Below, in pieces: positions 26,873 through 39,980 of a stretch of DNA of 64,000 nt. The stretch lies in assembly GCA_030704615.1 (NCBI GenBank), contig CM060733.1:48546001-48610000 (forward strand), written 5' to 3'. Each line of letters starts with the position of its first letter. Within the stretch, counting starts at the first letter, position 1. A program made the position numbers and the translations under genes. The stretch comes from Takakia lepidozioides (lineage: Eukaryota > Plantae > Bryophyta). The notes beneath the pieces are model-generated. The model saw nothing but the letters and a program-made list of their open reading frames with translations. It had not been told where the DNA came from and searched no databases.

Positions 26873-28135
26873 AAGTACTTCCGAATCTAAAGGAAATGTG
26901 CAGAGTAGTGAAATACCATGAATAGAGAGTTTTACTGTATGCCCTACTACCATTTTCAGCACTCTTCTAGGCATTCTTTCTCTCAAGAAAAGCTCAGCGA
27001 GGTCTCATGCACGACACCAAAATTCCTGAATCGATTGAAAGTTTCAGTTGATTCGATTAGAACATGTGCGTGCCAGTTACAACTCAATTCTAATAGATGG
27101 TGAAAACTTTGACTCTGGTGTTTTACAAGCTCGCTTGAGGATTAGGTTTAACAAGCCAGGACATTTGAGAATGCCTGTCTGCTTGTACTTTACTCCTATT
27201 GTGTTTTCAAATAGCTTTCCTTCACAAGAAAGTTCAGAAAGTTCACTTTTGTACATACTGTGGGCTTACCCCTGAGAGATTTCTTCTTCACGCCGGATGT
27301 GTGTTGTATGTGATGAGTTAGCATGATTGTGCAGCATTATGAGAGTGGTTACAATGTGGCCCAATGAGTGAACATACTCTCCATCTACAATTCACGTCCT
27401 TCCTACACTGAATTGTACATTCTACAGTCAGTGCAAAAGGGGAGGGGGCTGGAAATCACTATCTAAACAGCACCCCTAACCAGAGTCGAAGCCAATAGCT
27501 AGAGGCTTTGGCCTGTCCCAGTACTTCCACACACATTGAAGTTGCAGCTTTGCTGTCACTGAACTGTAAATGCTTCATAAGATAGCGATGGTGAGCTGCT
27601 TGCTCGAGCTCCTTCTCATGAACCATTTGGTAGTCTATTTACCAAAATCTACTTCCAGGATCTTCCTGCAGGATGGACGACTTTCTCAAGGGCTGATCAT
27701 GATCTTCCTCGGGAGATTTTGCACATTATGTAGTTTAAGCCATTTGTAGTTTGTAGCTGTTGTCGTAGTCTGAGAGAAGGGAGGGAGCAACAAGGAAAAT
27801 GTATGAAATTTCTGTTTCCTTTGATAATGAAGATCACAAATCTCTTGCCTTCAAGCCGTAAGGTTTGATGCAGTAACAGTACGACCTAGTACGACGACAC
27901 TAGAAAGACGGAAATTAAGGAGAAAGGGAATGTTTGTAGAAATCACTACATCATTGGAAAATAAGTTGGTTCATTTGAACTTCACTTTGGCTTGACTAGA
28001 GAAGATAGTAGCTCATTCATGGATTTCAAACGAGTCCCACACTTTGGATAACAAGAAGGGATTGGTTCATTGATGGACTTCAGAGGACCACACTTTGGAT
28101 ATCGAAGAAAGCAAACTTTTGATCAATTAGTGAGT

Positions 28136-30472
28136 TTAGTGATCTTTAACACTGCCGGAGGTGTGTTGAGAGGTCACCCTCATGCTCATGTCATTCATCC
28201 CTCGTGTGATCTTATGTTGTTCCACTGATCTCCCAAATGCCACGTTCACATGTTCCCCTACAGCAATCAAGTCATGTAATGCATCTTTCAACACCTGTTT
28301 TGCCGGTGCCCCTGCAATCCACCAATAACAGATCAATGTAAGCACAAGAAACCCAATGGAAGCCACTGCCGAACTACACTAAATAATATGGGGAAATTCT
28401 CAGTGAGGGTTTTAAAGCCCACAACCAGAGGACAAGGCTGGACAGCCTTCTCACTTTTAAATGCTCTTGTTTTGATTCGATGTGGTTGAATGATCTTGGG
28501 TCTATGGCATTTGCATTTCAAATACACAAAATAACCTACAAGAACATTTAAAAAAAAACCGTCTGTTTGGAACCCTACTAGTTACATTACATTTTTCTCC
28601 AGCTGTGTTCCATCACCTAAGAAGCCCCCAAATGGCTGCCAAGTGGCTAATTTCCCAAATTGGCGATAATTGACCCTTCTGTCCATTCAGGAGAGAGCTC
28701 AAGTAACCCAAACAGTCAATCCCTGTCTGGAAAAGTTTTCCCCAGCGCATGAAGAGTCAATAAGCATCACTGTGAACAACACTTGATTCCAAGCTCCTAA
28801 AACTTGGCAGTTGGGTTGGTAAATGTGAGACTCAAGACCCTGCTAAAACAATGGCTCCGTGTCTCTCTCTTTCCATTATAGAGCACACGAGTTGGGTGAT
28901 GGCCTACAGTCTCATCGATGGCTACTCTTCTGCTTACATTGCTCAATTTGTTGATTCTGTAAATTTGATGATTTTCATTCAAAGAATCCAGATCATCAGG
29001 GCTTCAGCTGATACTCAAATCACAGCAAGAGCGTGCTGCCTCATTATTCTTGTTGTAAACCAGTTGGGAATACTTCAAACTCACCCGCGGTTTGAACTGG
29101 GATGTTGACACGATTCTCAGATGGGAGAGGAATGCTGTAACCACAGAAGGAGACCCTGGGACTGCAACCAACCGTAACAAATTCACCTCATCAAAACCAG
29201 AAGAACATTAACATGCTAGTTATTCTGAGTTACAAGACATCTATCCCCAAAAAACATGACACATTTATACTCCAGCTCAAACTATCCTACAGAAATGGAT
29301 CCTCAACATGACGGGTCAGTTCCACTGCGTTGATCAAGCCGTGACTGCTTCAACCACTGGGTTACATTCCAAAGACAATGCAAACAACCGTGGAGTTGCT
29401 TAACCACTGATCTCTGACCAAACTAGGGTGTTTGACATATGTGTGCATCAACCTGTCTGCAATTTGGGATGTGGGCTAGTCTCCAACTTACCTTACAGAA
29501 ATAGCCATATCTGGAGAAACCGGGGGAATGGGTTTGGATTAATATGGGCCTCAGACTCCTCCAGGCTGCCAAGTGGCATGCCCCTCCAGTAGATGACTCT
29601 GAAGTGAAGGACCCAGTACCCCAAGAACTCATACGATAATGAGACGGAGGGCTCTCACTGCTTAAGGGAAAACTCTGCTCAGGTGCTTCTGAGATTGAGA
29701 ATCAGTTTGAACACTCTGGCAATAAAAACAATGAAGGATGGTGAGCATAGCCCTTTCTGGAAGGGTAATGCCCCCTGCACATTCAAATGGACCAAATGTC
29801 AGTGGTTCGTTGTTGAAAATTTGCAATCAATGACATTCTGAACCCTTGTCTGATGAAAAAGGGAAGGCTGTGATGGCCAAGGGGAAAGAATTAGGCTCCA
29901 CCCAAATAGAAAGCACCGCCATATGATGAGCTCCAATTTACATTTATACTTGAAATTTTTACACCGCATTTGCCAGAGAAGGTTGCTCAACACGGAGGAA
30001 TCTTCAGCTAAACTAGCTTCATCCCCTGTTTAAGACTAGGCTCGGAAGTTCTCCTTCAGGCTGAACAGTTGGTGCTAACCTGGCTTGGCAGATCATTGAA
30101 AACTCTTGATGATCATACAGGGCATTCAGTTTATGTGTGCATGATAACACGTTAGGATTTCGTGTGTTCCAATGGACAGGAATCGGCACTCTCAAAGCAA
30201 AGACGAAAGCCCTCCAACTGTCACGAGGAAATCATGCATCCGGGCCACAACCGTTGTTCTTCGGCTAGAATTCGAGGCTTCGAGCCAATGTAAACAAGAC
30301 AGGGAATACAAGTAGCCACAACAGGAGATGCAAGATTAAATCAAAACGAAATATCCATACTCTTAGTGAGAATAAACCGCAGAGAGTTGCCAAGAGTGTG
30401 ATCTTCATCAGTGAAAGAGAACATGGCCGCCCGCGGATCCGCGTCCGACACCAACTCTGTGCCTTCCGCCAT
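28136..30472 (-). pseudogene. RPAC2: RNA polymerase I/III shared subunit AC19 (RPAC2/RPC19/POLR1D)-like gene with an apparent 1-nt frameshift
   Basis: Exon 30472-30361 encodes MAEG...FSFTDEDHTLGNSLRFILTK; exon 29161-29085 encodes PRVSFCGYSIPLPSENRVNIPVQTA; exon 28311-28136 encodes GAPAKQVLKDALHDLIAVGEHV. Exon 1 ends in phase 1 but exon 2 needs phase 2. The conserved IPHP reads IPLP and NIRVQT reads NIPVQT. Confidence 0.7.
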
Positions 30473-31063
30473 CTCCCTCGCTTCTCTTCTTCCTCCCTCC
30501 CTCGCTGCTTTGCACTGCTCCTAATGTTCGTCAGCAAAAATATTTAAGGCAGTTTAACGTCCATAATTCCCTTACTTAGGACTTAGCGGAAGCCTCATTA
30601 GTCTCCCGTAGGGATTCTACTGTGTTGTTTGAGAGCAGCGAGGGAGGAGGAGAAGAGAAGGAGGGCAGGGAAGGAGATGATAAACAAGGGAACAATGAAG
30701 GCAGCAGGAAAAAGAATTATCTTGTGAGCGACCGGTATTCTATGATTTTTGGATATGGAATGTCAGGATGCGTGATCTGGTTCAGTTGCAGGAAAGATCA
30801 ATCATTCTATGCTTACTCTGAACGCAATCCTCTTTGAAGTGAAGTGGGGACTGAGCGCGAGATACAAATTTGGTAAGCCCACGCTCGTAGTTTCCAGATA
30901 ATTTTGCCTGCCTCTCCTCCTCTCCTGGCGATCGTACTCCTAGTGTAATACCAGAGCTGTATGGATGGAGGATACTGTGAAATGGAAAAGATTGCCCCTG
31001 CTCTGTCTTTCTCATATTCGCTTTCACAACAGATGCACCTTCGGTCGTTCAAATCAGAGTGGA

Positions 31064-32318
31064 ATGGTTCTTCATCGTCTACTCACGCTCGTGTTTGAGA
31101 CCAGCGATATTGAAGCTCAGTAGTGGGTGCAGCTGAAAACATGTGGTCTTGTAGTTTTTGGGCCATAAGCCCTCTGCCAGGAATCTGCACGGAGTTTTGT
31201 GGCATTGGTCATAGTGGGGTAGTGAGTTAGAATTGCAATCGATATTGAGGTTGGTTGCATGCCAAGCCACAGGGTGAGCATTATACAGGAGAGCATGTTC
31301 AAGTTCAAACTTGGTCGATTGGTGAGGGACGTCGTGAATGTATTGCGTGGCCTCCCGCCTGATGATGCGGTGCGACAGCGCACACTAGCAATTCAGGAAC
31401 AGCTTATACGGGTATTGGTTTATCCTCCACCTCCCCCTTTCCAGCCCTCCTACTGTGGCTCAGATAGCTGTCACTTCAAAGCTGTGTAATCACCTTATTG
31501 ATTTCTCGTGATCACCTAGAGACATCATAGGGCAGGCCACGAAAAGTGGAACGGGGACTGAGGGACTGATAGAAGTGGTGGACCATATCTTAGCCTTTGG
31601 AGGTTTGCTGGAGTGCCATGTTTTCTGGGCTTACAAGATGTCTGTTGCCATACTACACCATGTCAGTTGTTGGTATTCAGTTGGAAGGTAAGAATGCCCT
31701 ATAACACATAACGGGATGAAGCTCCGGGAGCACAGGGCTGCACAGGAGAAAGAGCGCGAAGAAGCAGCCTTGAAGGATGTCCGTGCTGTGGTTGAGGAGA
31801 TGATGAATCTCCACGAAAACCTGACTGCAGCGGTATGTGCGACTTTATTTCTTTCAAGTCTTGAAGCATCAGAGTAGAAAAGGAGGGGGCCGGGAGGGAG
31901 GGGGGGTGGTTGTTGGGGGTGAGGCTGATATATGTACGAGAGAACTAAAGCCCAGAGAATAATCGAGTTTACTTGTGTGGATGTGAGTAGGTTCCAGACT
32001 GTTTGGGCGTAAATTGATCAAGTTCAATTTCTCCATACTTTGCAGGAGGCAGCCGCTGTGGAATATAGCAACCAAATTGGGGATCAAGCTCAAGCACAAC
32101 TGGAGACTGAATTGAACACAGAGGCACAAACCATCATAGCAGCGGCAATGACAAGGCAGGAAACCATGCCGGAGCTACCAACTGCGATCTCAGGTGACAT
32201 TGGGGATGCATCTTCTTCCCAGGAGGCTCTTGCTGAGTCAGCTGTGGGCTCAAACACTGGTAGTGTTGCAGCAACCACCATCAGCTCTTCCAGTCAAAAA
32301 GGAAGCCCTTCTGTTTGA
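31064..32318 (+). pseudogene. Spliced hypothetical gene of unknown family, probably degenerate; divergent from RPAC2
   Basis: Exon-like blocks 31064-31119, 31273-31411, ~31681-31832, 32046-32318 with GT/AG boundaries and helical-looking translations. The third block has a stop/frameshift near 31702. Confidence 0.3.
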
Positions 32319-33173
32319 ATGTATTGAGATTTCATGTGATCATCTTTTTGCCCCAAGGGCAGATCGTAGATTTTATTCTGGGACGGGTGTGAGAATTTTG
32401 AAAGGTTTTAAAGGCCCAGAGGTAGAGAGACTGAGACAGCTAACAAAAAGAGAGCAACCTAGCTGAAATAAAAACTATCATCATCATCAGCCAAGGGTTG
32501 GCTGTGCAGAAAGAGGTACAGCGAAGAGTACCCACTGGGTTTTCGACTCGTCCCTGGTCAATACCTCCTCTCAGTGGATGTAATGAATTTCTTCTTCGTT
32601 TTCGTTTTCCTAAATCCCTTACCTCCTTACTTCCCACTTAGACTTCTCAGACTTCTGCGAGATAATAGAGGTTTTCTTTGTGGAGGAGGGTTAGTATGGA
32701 AAGACGAGTTCATCTGACCATGAGTGTTAGGTTGGATACCAGATTTATTTTCGAACTGTTCATGTTGACATGTTACAACCTGAAGCTTTTCAAGCAAGTC
32801 AGTCAGAGTAAACTACAGGGTTAAAGCTGCAGGCAAAGGAATCATGCTTGGTTGCTGTTGTCCAATTTGTCCAATTTCCAGACTCAGACCTCCTTCAGCA
32901 CTGTGGATTCTTCCAGAATTGAGGATTGATTCAACATGAAAACAGGTAGTGTGCTTCTCTTTCGTTGAGTGTGTTCTCATTGCATGTGTGACTGTGAGAC
33001 AGTGTGAGAGAAAGGGCAAGCCATAAAAGACCTCATCACGACCATGAGGACTGAAAAGTCCTACAAGCTGCATGAAACACAAAAGTACATCTGACAACAG
33101 TGATCATGAGCATTTAAAAGTTTCCCACTGGTCTCTTCTCAGTCTGCAAACCTTCTTGACTGTACTGTCCATT

Positions 33174-36100
33174 TTAGAATGCATCGCAAGGGACAACTAT
33201 CTCTACCATCTCCCGCGGCAAATTCCATGGGATGAAAGCATCGGTGGATAAATCAACAAAATATTGCAAAGCTCGTTTGAGCTTCTTCAAATTCTTGATC
33301 AGGTACACAGCATCCTTTTCCAGATCTATCCCAAATGTTTGCGTGACTGAAAAAAAATTCACGAATGTTTCCATAGAGGGTTGCCCGAACCGGAGAGATG
33401 TCCGGCCAACCATAATATCTTTGGGGATTGCTTTTGTAGCTGCAAGGATCAACCTAGGCTCCCCGGAAAGGGTTATGGAGGCTCCATGTGTTTCACCGCC
33501 GATGTAAAAGCTCGTACCTCGATTGGCTTTCACATGCAACTCGCTTGGATCAAAACTCTGTGAATGACAAAGCAAACCTTCAACCTTGTTTCGTAGTTGC
33601 GAGTTAAGACTACTGTCTTACATTGTTATTTAGAAATGCATTTGCACGGCGTCACAAGACTTACATATCTGTTGAAAAGGGTTCCATACCTTTCTGATGG
33701 CTTGTTGAATGACGGGTAGTTTGAGAAATGGGGTGACAAGGTGTAGACTGAAAGTCTCTGGCTCCATGGCCCGGAGCGTAGTCCCCACCATATGCTTGTA
33801 GAAGTGGTAGCATTCCTCAGCAATTTTGGGGCCAAAGACAGTCACAGTCCATGCCCTGTCCTCGTTGTTGTCGAGAAAGGGTTCCGGGGTCTGCCATTTT
33901 ATTATATTGGTTATTATAGACATCACAACTAATTAGTAGACAGACTCGGAGTGGGAGAGAGAGGGAGAGAGATGATGCCCACGGAAGTCGGTAAATAAGA
34001 GCTTCTTGCGCTTGTGGGTATTGCCTAAGAAAGGCTGGGATTAGTATCATTATTGTTAAGGAATGATGTGACATCGCAGTAGCCGCAAGATGAAGTGGCT
34101 CTTAGTTACGCCGGCTTCGGTCGGAGTTCTCTCTCTCTGATGTGACATCTATATAACTAAATAGAATTTTAAAGTAAAATTTTAAAGAAGAAAAACCTCT
34201 ACTTCACAGCTCATTCCATCTCTCTCCCTAAACAAACAAGAAATATTGATCACTAGATTACCTTCCTGCCTAACCAGTGAGGTTTGATTCGTGCACGCAG
34301 ACCAGTTTGATCGCTCTCTTTCTTTGTAAATGTAATGTATTGAACTTGCTGGGCATCCTCTTCAAACAACCTCTTCTCAGGAGGTAGCACCCTTAGTACA
34401 CATGCCTGGCCCCAAAATTTATTTATGAACTTATTTTTTTATTTTTTTATTACTTATTTGTGGTTGTGAATATCATCATCTAACCCAATCTTTTGATGTT
34501 ACCTTAGTAGCACCATGGCCCTTTGACATGGTTATTTTTCCATGTCCTCTTTATCAGTATGATATATTGATTGGCATTTGACCTGGTATTCAGAACCGAC
34601 TGGCATCGAAATCATTTTCGTTCTGAATACTTAGAACCGGCTGGTATTAAAAACTTTCAAAAACACAAAACTTAGATTTGGGTTACCATTTATGCAAAGC
34701 AATATAACAAATGGAATTCCAATCACACAATATCAATCATGAAAGTTGTATAAGCATAAGAACTTGTGAAGAGTTATAATGCTTTTTAACTGTCCACAGA
34801 TATACACCACATCTATATCATGTTAAACCTGAAACCTTCAAGAACAAATTATGGTGAGCCTGTAAACTTTACACAATCCCTTTTTGACAGTACACGCCCT
34901 TTTTTTTTTCCCCTTTCTTTTTGGGTAGGTGAGGGATGGTGCCCCGAATGCAAGTGGACAGTGAATAAAAAAATTAGGTAAGTCCCTAAACCACATATTA
35001 ATAGTTTATCTTAACATATAATCTCATATTTATGATCAATCCAAATTTTAAAAATTGAGTAAAATAAGTTATTATTTTCCACTCAAAATTACTAATGATA
35101 GTAATAAGTTACCTTTACACGTGGATATATGTGCATGCCTTCCTCAACAAATTCTGATTTACGATATGCAACATGGGCCGTTCGCAAAGTGAAAGTGTAG
35201 GGCAAACGTTCAAGCAGACCATCATATTCAAATAATTCGCAGAAAGTCCTTAATTTCTTGATATCTGAACAATACAATTAGCTATAATATTTTCACTTAG
35301 AGCACACTCAGTTATCTATATATCTAAATATATTTTACAGAACGGGAATAACGTCCCAGTTTATTCATAAAGGTAAGAAAAATAAATGTTGATAATATTT
35401 GATATAATGACTTGAAAATAAAGATTATGTTAATAAATCATTGATTGAAACTCACACCCCATTTGAGCTTGGAAGCTATCACACGGCTAGAATTCCTAGA
35501 GACCATCTTTCCTATATAATTCTTATATGTTGCCCATTTCACTTGTAGAACATATAAATTGCAAAGTTACCTGGGGTCCTCACTGAATCTGCAATACTAC
35601 AAAGTTGGAGCAAAGACCGCCTATTTAACTCGGTTTTGAGAGCCAAACGGAGGTATTCCAACAACGGATGTTGTGTTATCAAATCAGTAAGAGTGACAAG
35701 AAGAACATCATTGGCTGCTTTCCAAACTTGCCAAATCTCCTCCACTGGCACATGACAACGTTCAGTATAAATAAATTCCATAATTGCATCCAATGCAGCA
35801 GATGTCCATTCCCCTTTGATAATTCTGTAAATGTAGGGACGCTTGGGAATGTCCTCATGTCTTAAAGCTTTCTGTTTTTGTTTATCGCTGGTGACGACGA
35901 AGTCTTCTTCATACTTTGTAGTTTGTTTCTCTTGTTTTTTCAATAACTTGTGTTGTATCATTGCCAACTCATGGTGCGGAACAATTTGGAGACAAAGGTC
36001 TAATTGGGTTTCCATACTTATTGATGGACGATCTACCTGCTATTGTCACTAGTCAATAGTAAAAGTATATCTATATAAATATTACATTTTCAAAAATTAT

Positions 36101-38510
36101 GTCATAGTGTTATTTGTAAACATTTTTATTTGAGTTCATCATTTCAATGTACAAATTTTATAACTGAACCGAAGAAACGTATTCGTCAAAAAAATATAAT
36201 ATTAATTGCATCAGCATAGAGTAATAGGACCCTTTCTCTCAAGTAACCCAATTTAAAACAGGAATTTAGATACCTGCTTATTGTTTCCGAAAAAGCTCCC
36301 GGCTCTAGAAATGTGACTTCCTTTCGCAAGACTACTTGTAGCGATTACATTCTCTCTTATAGAGGTCCCTTGTGCAATAGTCTCTAGCATGATACTTTCT
36401 TTTTTAGTGCTCTCAGCTGGCACAATACTTTTTCTTGCAACATTTTCTGTATTAGCATTCATTGGAGCCACTGATCTCCTTCTAAAAGAACCCCCATCCA
36501 CATTGATACCAACTTCTTGTTCTGGAGGAGCGGCATAGACTACTAGTTTTGAAGTCCGAAGTTGAGATTTTTGCTCACTATCTTTCTTATTTTCATTACT
36601 TATTTGGGGCATGCCAGTACTCAAAGTCCCAACCATGACTTCATCGTTCATCATTTTTCCTCTTTTCATATCAGTTTGATTTTCATTTTGTGCAATATTG
36701 ATGTGACCCTCAATAGCTTGATTTGAATGTTGTTCTTGGATAAGTCTTGAACCATCTTTCTCTTTTACTCGTTCTAAGTGGCTATAAAGCAAATTAGCAA
36801 AGTTATCATAATTTTCCTTCGTATTCTTAGGCAAATGAATTGTAGTTAAATTTTCTAGTAAAGATTGACCCAATTTCACAAGTTCCTCAGTTTTTTGTTG
36901 TGGATTCCGTTCTTCGATTCGGATATCGTTTTTATTTTTCTCAATGTCTTTTTGTTTATCCTCTTTTAGAATATTCAAGTCATTAAGTGAGACATCACTA
37001 AATTTATTTTCTTCTACAACTCGCTCCAAAGATCTCATATGCTCTAGTTCAGACCAATCTGCTATTCTATACATGCTTATCTCTTCTGCCGTTCTTGTGG
37101 GTGTGGATTCAGTCTCATTTTCTTCTTCATGATCAACAGGTAAGGAAAAAATTGTTTTGTTGCATTGAATGGATGATTTCTTGCGCACGATTGGAGTAGG
37201 GATGATGTATTTTGGATGGATGAAGCATTCCACATAATTAGGTATGACCCTAGTTCCCACTTCGGTACTTATTTCATCTGTATCCACCAACATCATATTC
37301 ACAATCGATTAATTTGTATGTACATTGTTTATGATATTTTAATTATTTTGTAGGGAAATTGAGATAACTATGTGCATTTTACGTTTGGATACATGGTGAG
37401 CAAAGCTAACTACCTTGATAGCATGTGATCATAACATGATCATAATCAGGTTTATAGTTTCATTTTTAATGATTTTATATTCATGGACCGCTCTTAAAAT
37501 TTTGATGCGTTTTTAAGCGCAAGTAATTATTTCATCATCTATTTAATTGTCATTCAGAAAAACAATTCTTCACTCCATAATGAATTGGAAATTTGATAAT
37601 TATATGTAAATAAATAAGTATAATAAGTTGACATTGATTTTTTACTTTTACTTTTATTATAATAAGTACATATTTTCAAGTAAACGAAGAAAATTTAGGG
37701 TTTGAGTGTCAAACCAAATGTTGTTTGAAGATGTATCTCATGGTTTGTCCGTAATTCCATTGAGTCAGCATAAGAATCGAGCATCTCTCGAAAAACATTA
37801 CAACATCTTCTTAGAACCTTGGAGTGTGCCAAGACTCTCTTTGTTTCCTGGCCATCAACATTTTTTCTCACAGTAATAATAACATCTGTGGGGCCCTCAC
37901 AAATGTTAGGGGGTTGAAATGCAAGATAAAGTCTCTTCAGTCTTAATTTAATTACGTCTATGATGTCTTGGGGTACTGGTTCAGGCTCTGGCTTTTTCGC
38001 CATAATTGAATCAATATCATTAACCTCATTGTGTGACAATATCAAACTATCTTTTGCATTTCTGAGCACATTGCCACGTCTTCTGTTTCTTTTCAGGAAT
38101 AATAAATTTGGTTCTTGATCATTTTGGTCAAATATAGAACACATTTCCATATCGTCCTCTATTTTTCCTTGGTCAATTTCATCATATACAGAACATGTGT
38201 CAATGTCAATGTTGGTATCATTCTCTATAAATTTGACTCCCTTCACAATTATTTCTCCTTCTACTTCATCATCCTCATCATGTGAACTTGTTTGCATAGA
38301 TGATGAGTTCTCGCTATTATCTTGAGGCACAATATCCATGATCTCTTTTAAAACAATATCACTAATTGTACTTGTTTTTCTTTTATATGTTTCAAGGTCA
38401 TCGGGACCAACATTTGGAAACATCATATTGTATTCCATCATCTCTGTACCAATTGTTGAGAAATTAGTATTGGAGTACCCATCTTTTGAAGGTTGTTGCG
38501 TTATGTTCAC
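33174..38510 (-). CDS. Large BTB/POZ-domain protein, multi-exon; 5' end uncertain
   Basis: Phase-consistent exons ~38510-37715, 37277-36274, 36036-35571, 35511-35458, 35264-35113, 34405-34262, (34024-33983), 33890-33665, 33577-33174. BTB N-half 'TDVIITV...KRVLAHSKVLRRCCNVFREML' is in exon 1 and BTB C-half 'AALDAIMEFIYTERCHVPVEEIWQVWKAANDVLLVTL' is in exon 3. Confidence 0.6.
34076..34137 (+). mobile_element. 62-bp extreme 5'-truncated insertion of the RLE-LINE 3' end, with a 12-bp target-site duplication
   Basis: TGATGTGACATC at 34064-34075 and 34138-34149 flanks GCAGTAGCCGCAAGATGAAGTGGCTC...CCGGCTTCGGTCGGAG followed by a (CT)n tail. Confidence 0.75.
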
Positions 38511-39450
38511 TATTTTATATTTTTTCTCAAGCTTTTGATGCCTAGTGTTAAGTAGACTTGAAACAATCCGTAATTTTTTTGCAATATAGATTAGACTTGC
38601 TCTATCATGTGATACCTCTTTAAACTATGGGGTTGGTTTTCTATTATCAAGTGGTTTTTGTGGGAATATGTATAATATATTAAAAAAATATGAAAAACAT
38701 GACTCGGAATAATGTAAATATAAATACATATGTCAAATATTAAGAGTTAATGTAAAACTTGCATTATTGGAGCACCCAAGTCTATCAACATTACAATTGC
38801 TAGCGCTCAGAATGGGATGTAAATATGTCACATATAATATCATATATATTAACATACAACATCAGTATCTTTTATTGCAAGTGTTTACTTTTATGCATTA
38901 TTATAACATTCATGAGTTAATGTCAAAAAGCTAGATACTATTTACTTGAAAAAATAAGTTGTTGTGTTAATTGATTCTTTCCAATCGTTTCTCCCACCCA
39001 TGTTCATTGATTTTTTCTTACATCTATCAATTTGTTGTGTAATTACTGGAGCAATATATTGTTCGTATACCAGTGGATTATGCAGATTTAACATTATAAT
39101 TTATGTTTGATAATTTAGACAAAACACAAAAACACATAAGATCCCTTAAAGCCCCAAAAATAGAAGACAAAACATCTTTAAAACAAACAAGATATTTTTT
39201 CTGAAAGACATTGTCCGACTAATATCTGGAGTTTTGGACACGGTCGCCTAAGTCAAATTTATTTGTGCTCATTCCTCTAAGCGATTTTAAAGGTGGGTGG
39301 GGGATACAGTTACACTTTAGTTACTAGAAAAAAAACCAGTTTTCAGATAGATATCACAAAATTGACCATTTGTTAAGAGATAAATTTAGCTATACACGGC
39401 TAACCATGGTTAAGCATGGTGTTGATCTAGTAAGCTGTTTCTTGTTGTTA

Positions 39451-39980
39451 CCGTCCCTGGACAACCGTTTAGGCATTTTTGCGCCTAATAATAAATTCAA
39501 TTAATCAGCAAATTAGGCACCTTTTGAAAACCATTTCTCACATTAGGCATCTTCATGCTATAATTTTTTAGAATTAGGCACATGAGAAGAGAAAACATTT
39601 ATTTTCTTAAGAATACATTACAAAATAGACCCCAATGCCCATGGGCCATTCCAGGCTCCAGCTACCTTTCATTTCCTTTGAAACACTAATATGATGACAT
39701 TGTGGAGTCCATGCAAGGGCCTTTCGAAGTTATAGATTGCGATTTGTAGGAAGTTATTTCCGCACGCATATATTGTATTGATTTTTTGTTCAATGAAATT
39801 TTGATCTTATTACAAACAACATGAGAAGAGGCTTGCAAGTTTTTGGCTGGAATTTTTGGGCATTAGGCACTTTGGTCCCATAGTTTTCGAACAAATAGGC
39901 CAAAATCTGAAAAATTCACAGAATTGGTTAGGCACTTTCATTTTGAATTAATTATCGCCTAAACGGTTGTCCAGGGACGG
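39451..39980. mobile_element. MITE / non-autonomous Tc1-mariner-type element, 530 bp
   Basis: Perfect 24-bp TIRs CCGTCCCTGGACAACCGTTTAGGC ... GCCTAAACGGTTGTCCAGGGACGG, flanked by TA on both sides. Internal TTAGGCA motifs; no ORF. Confidence 0.85.
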
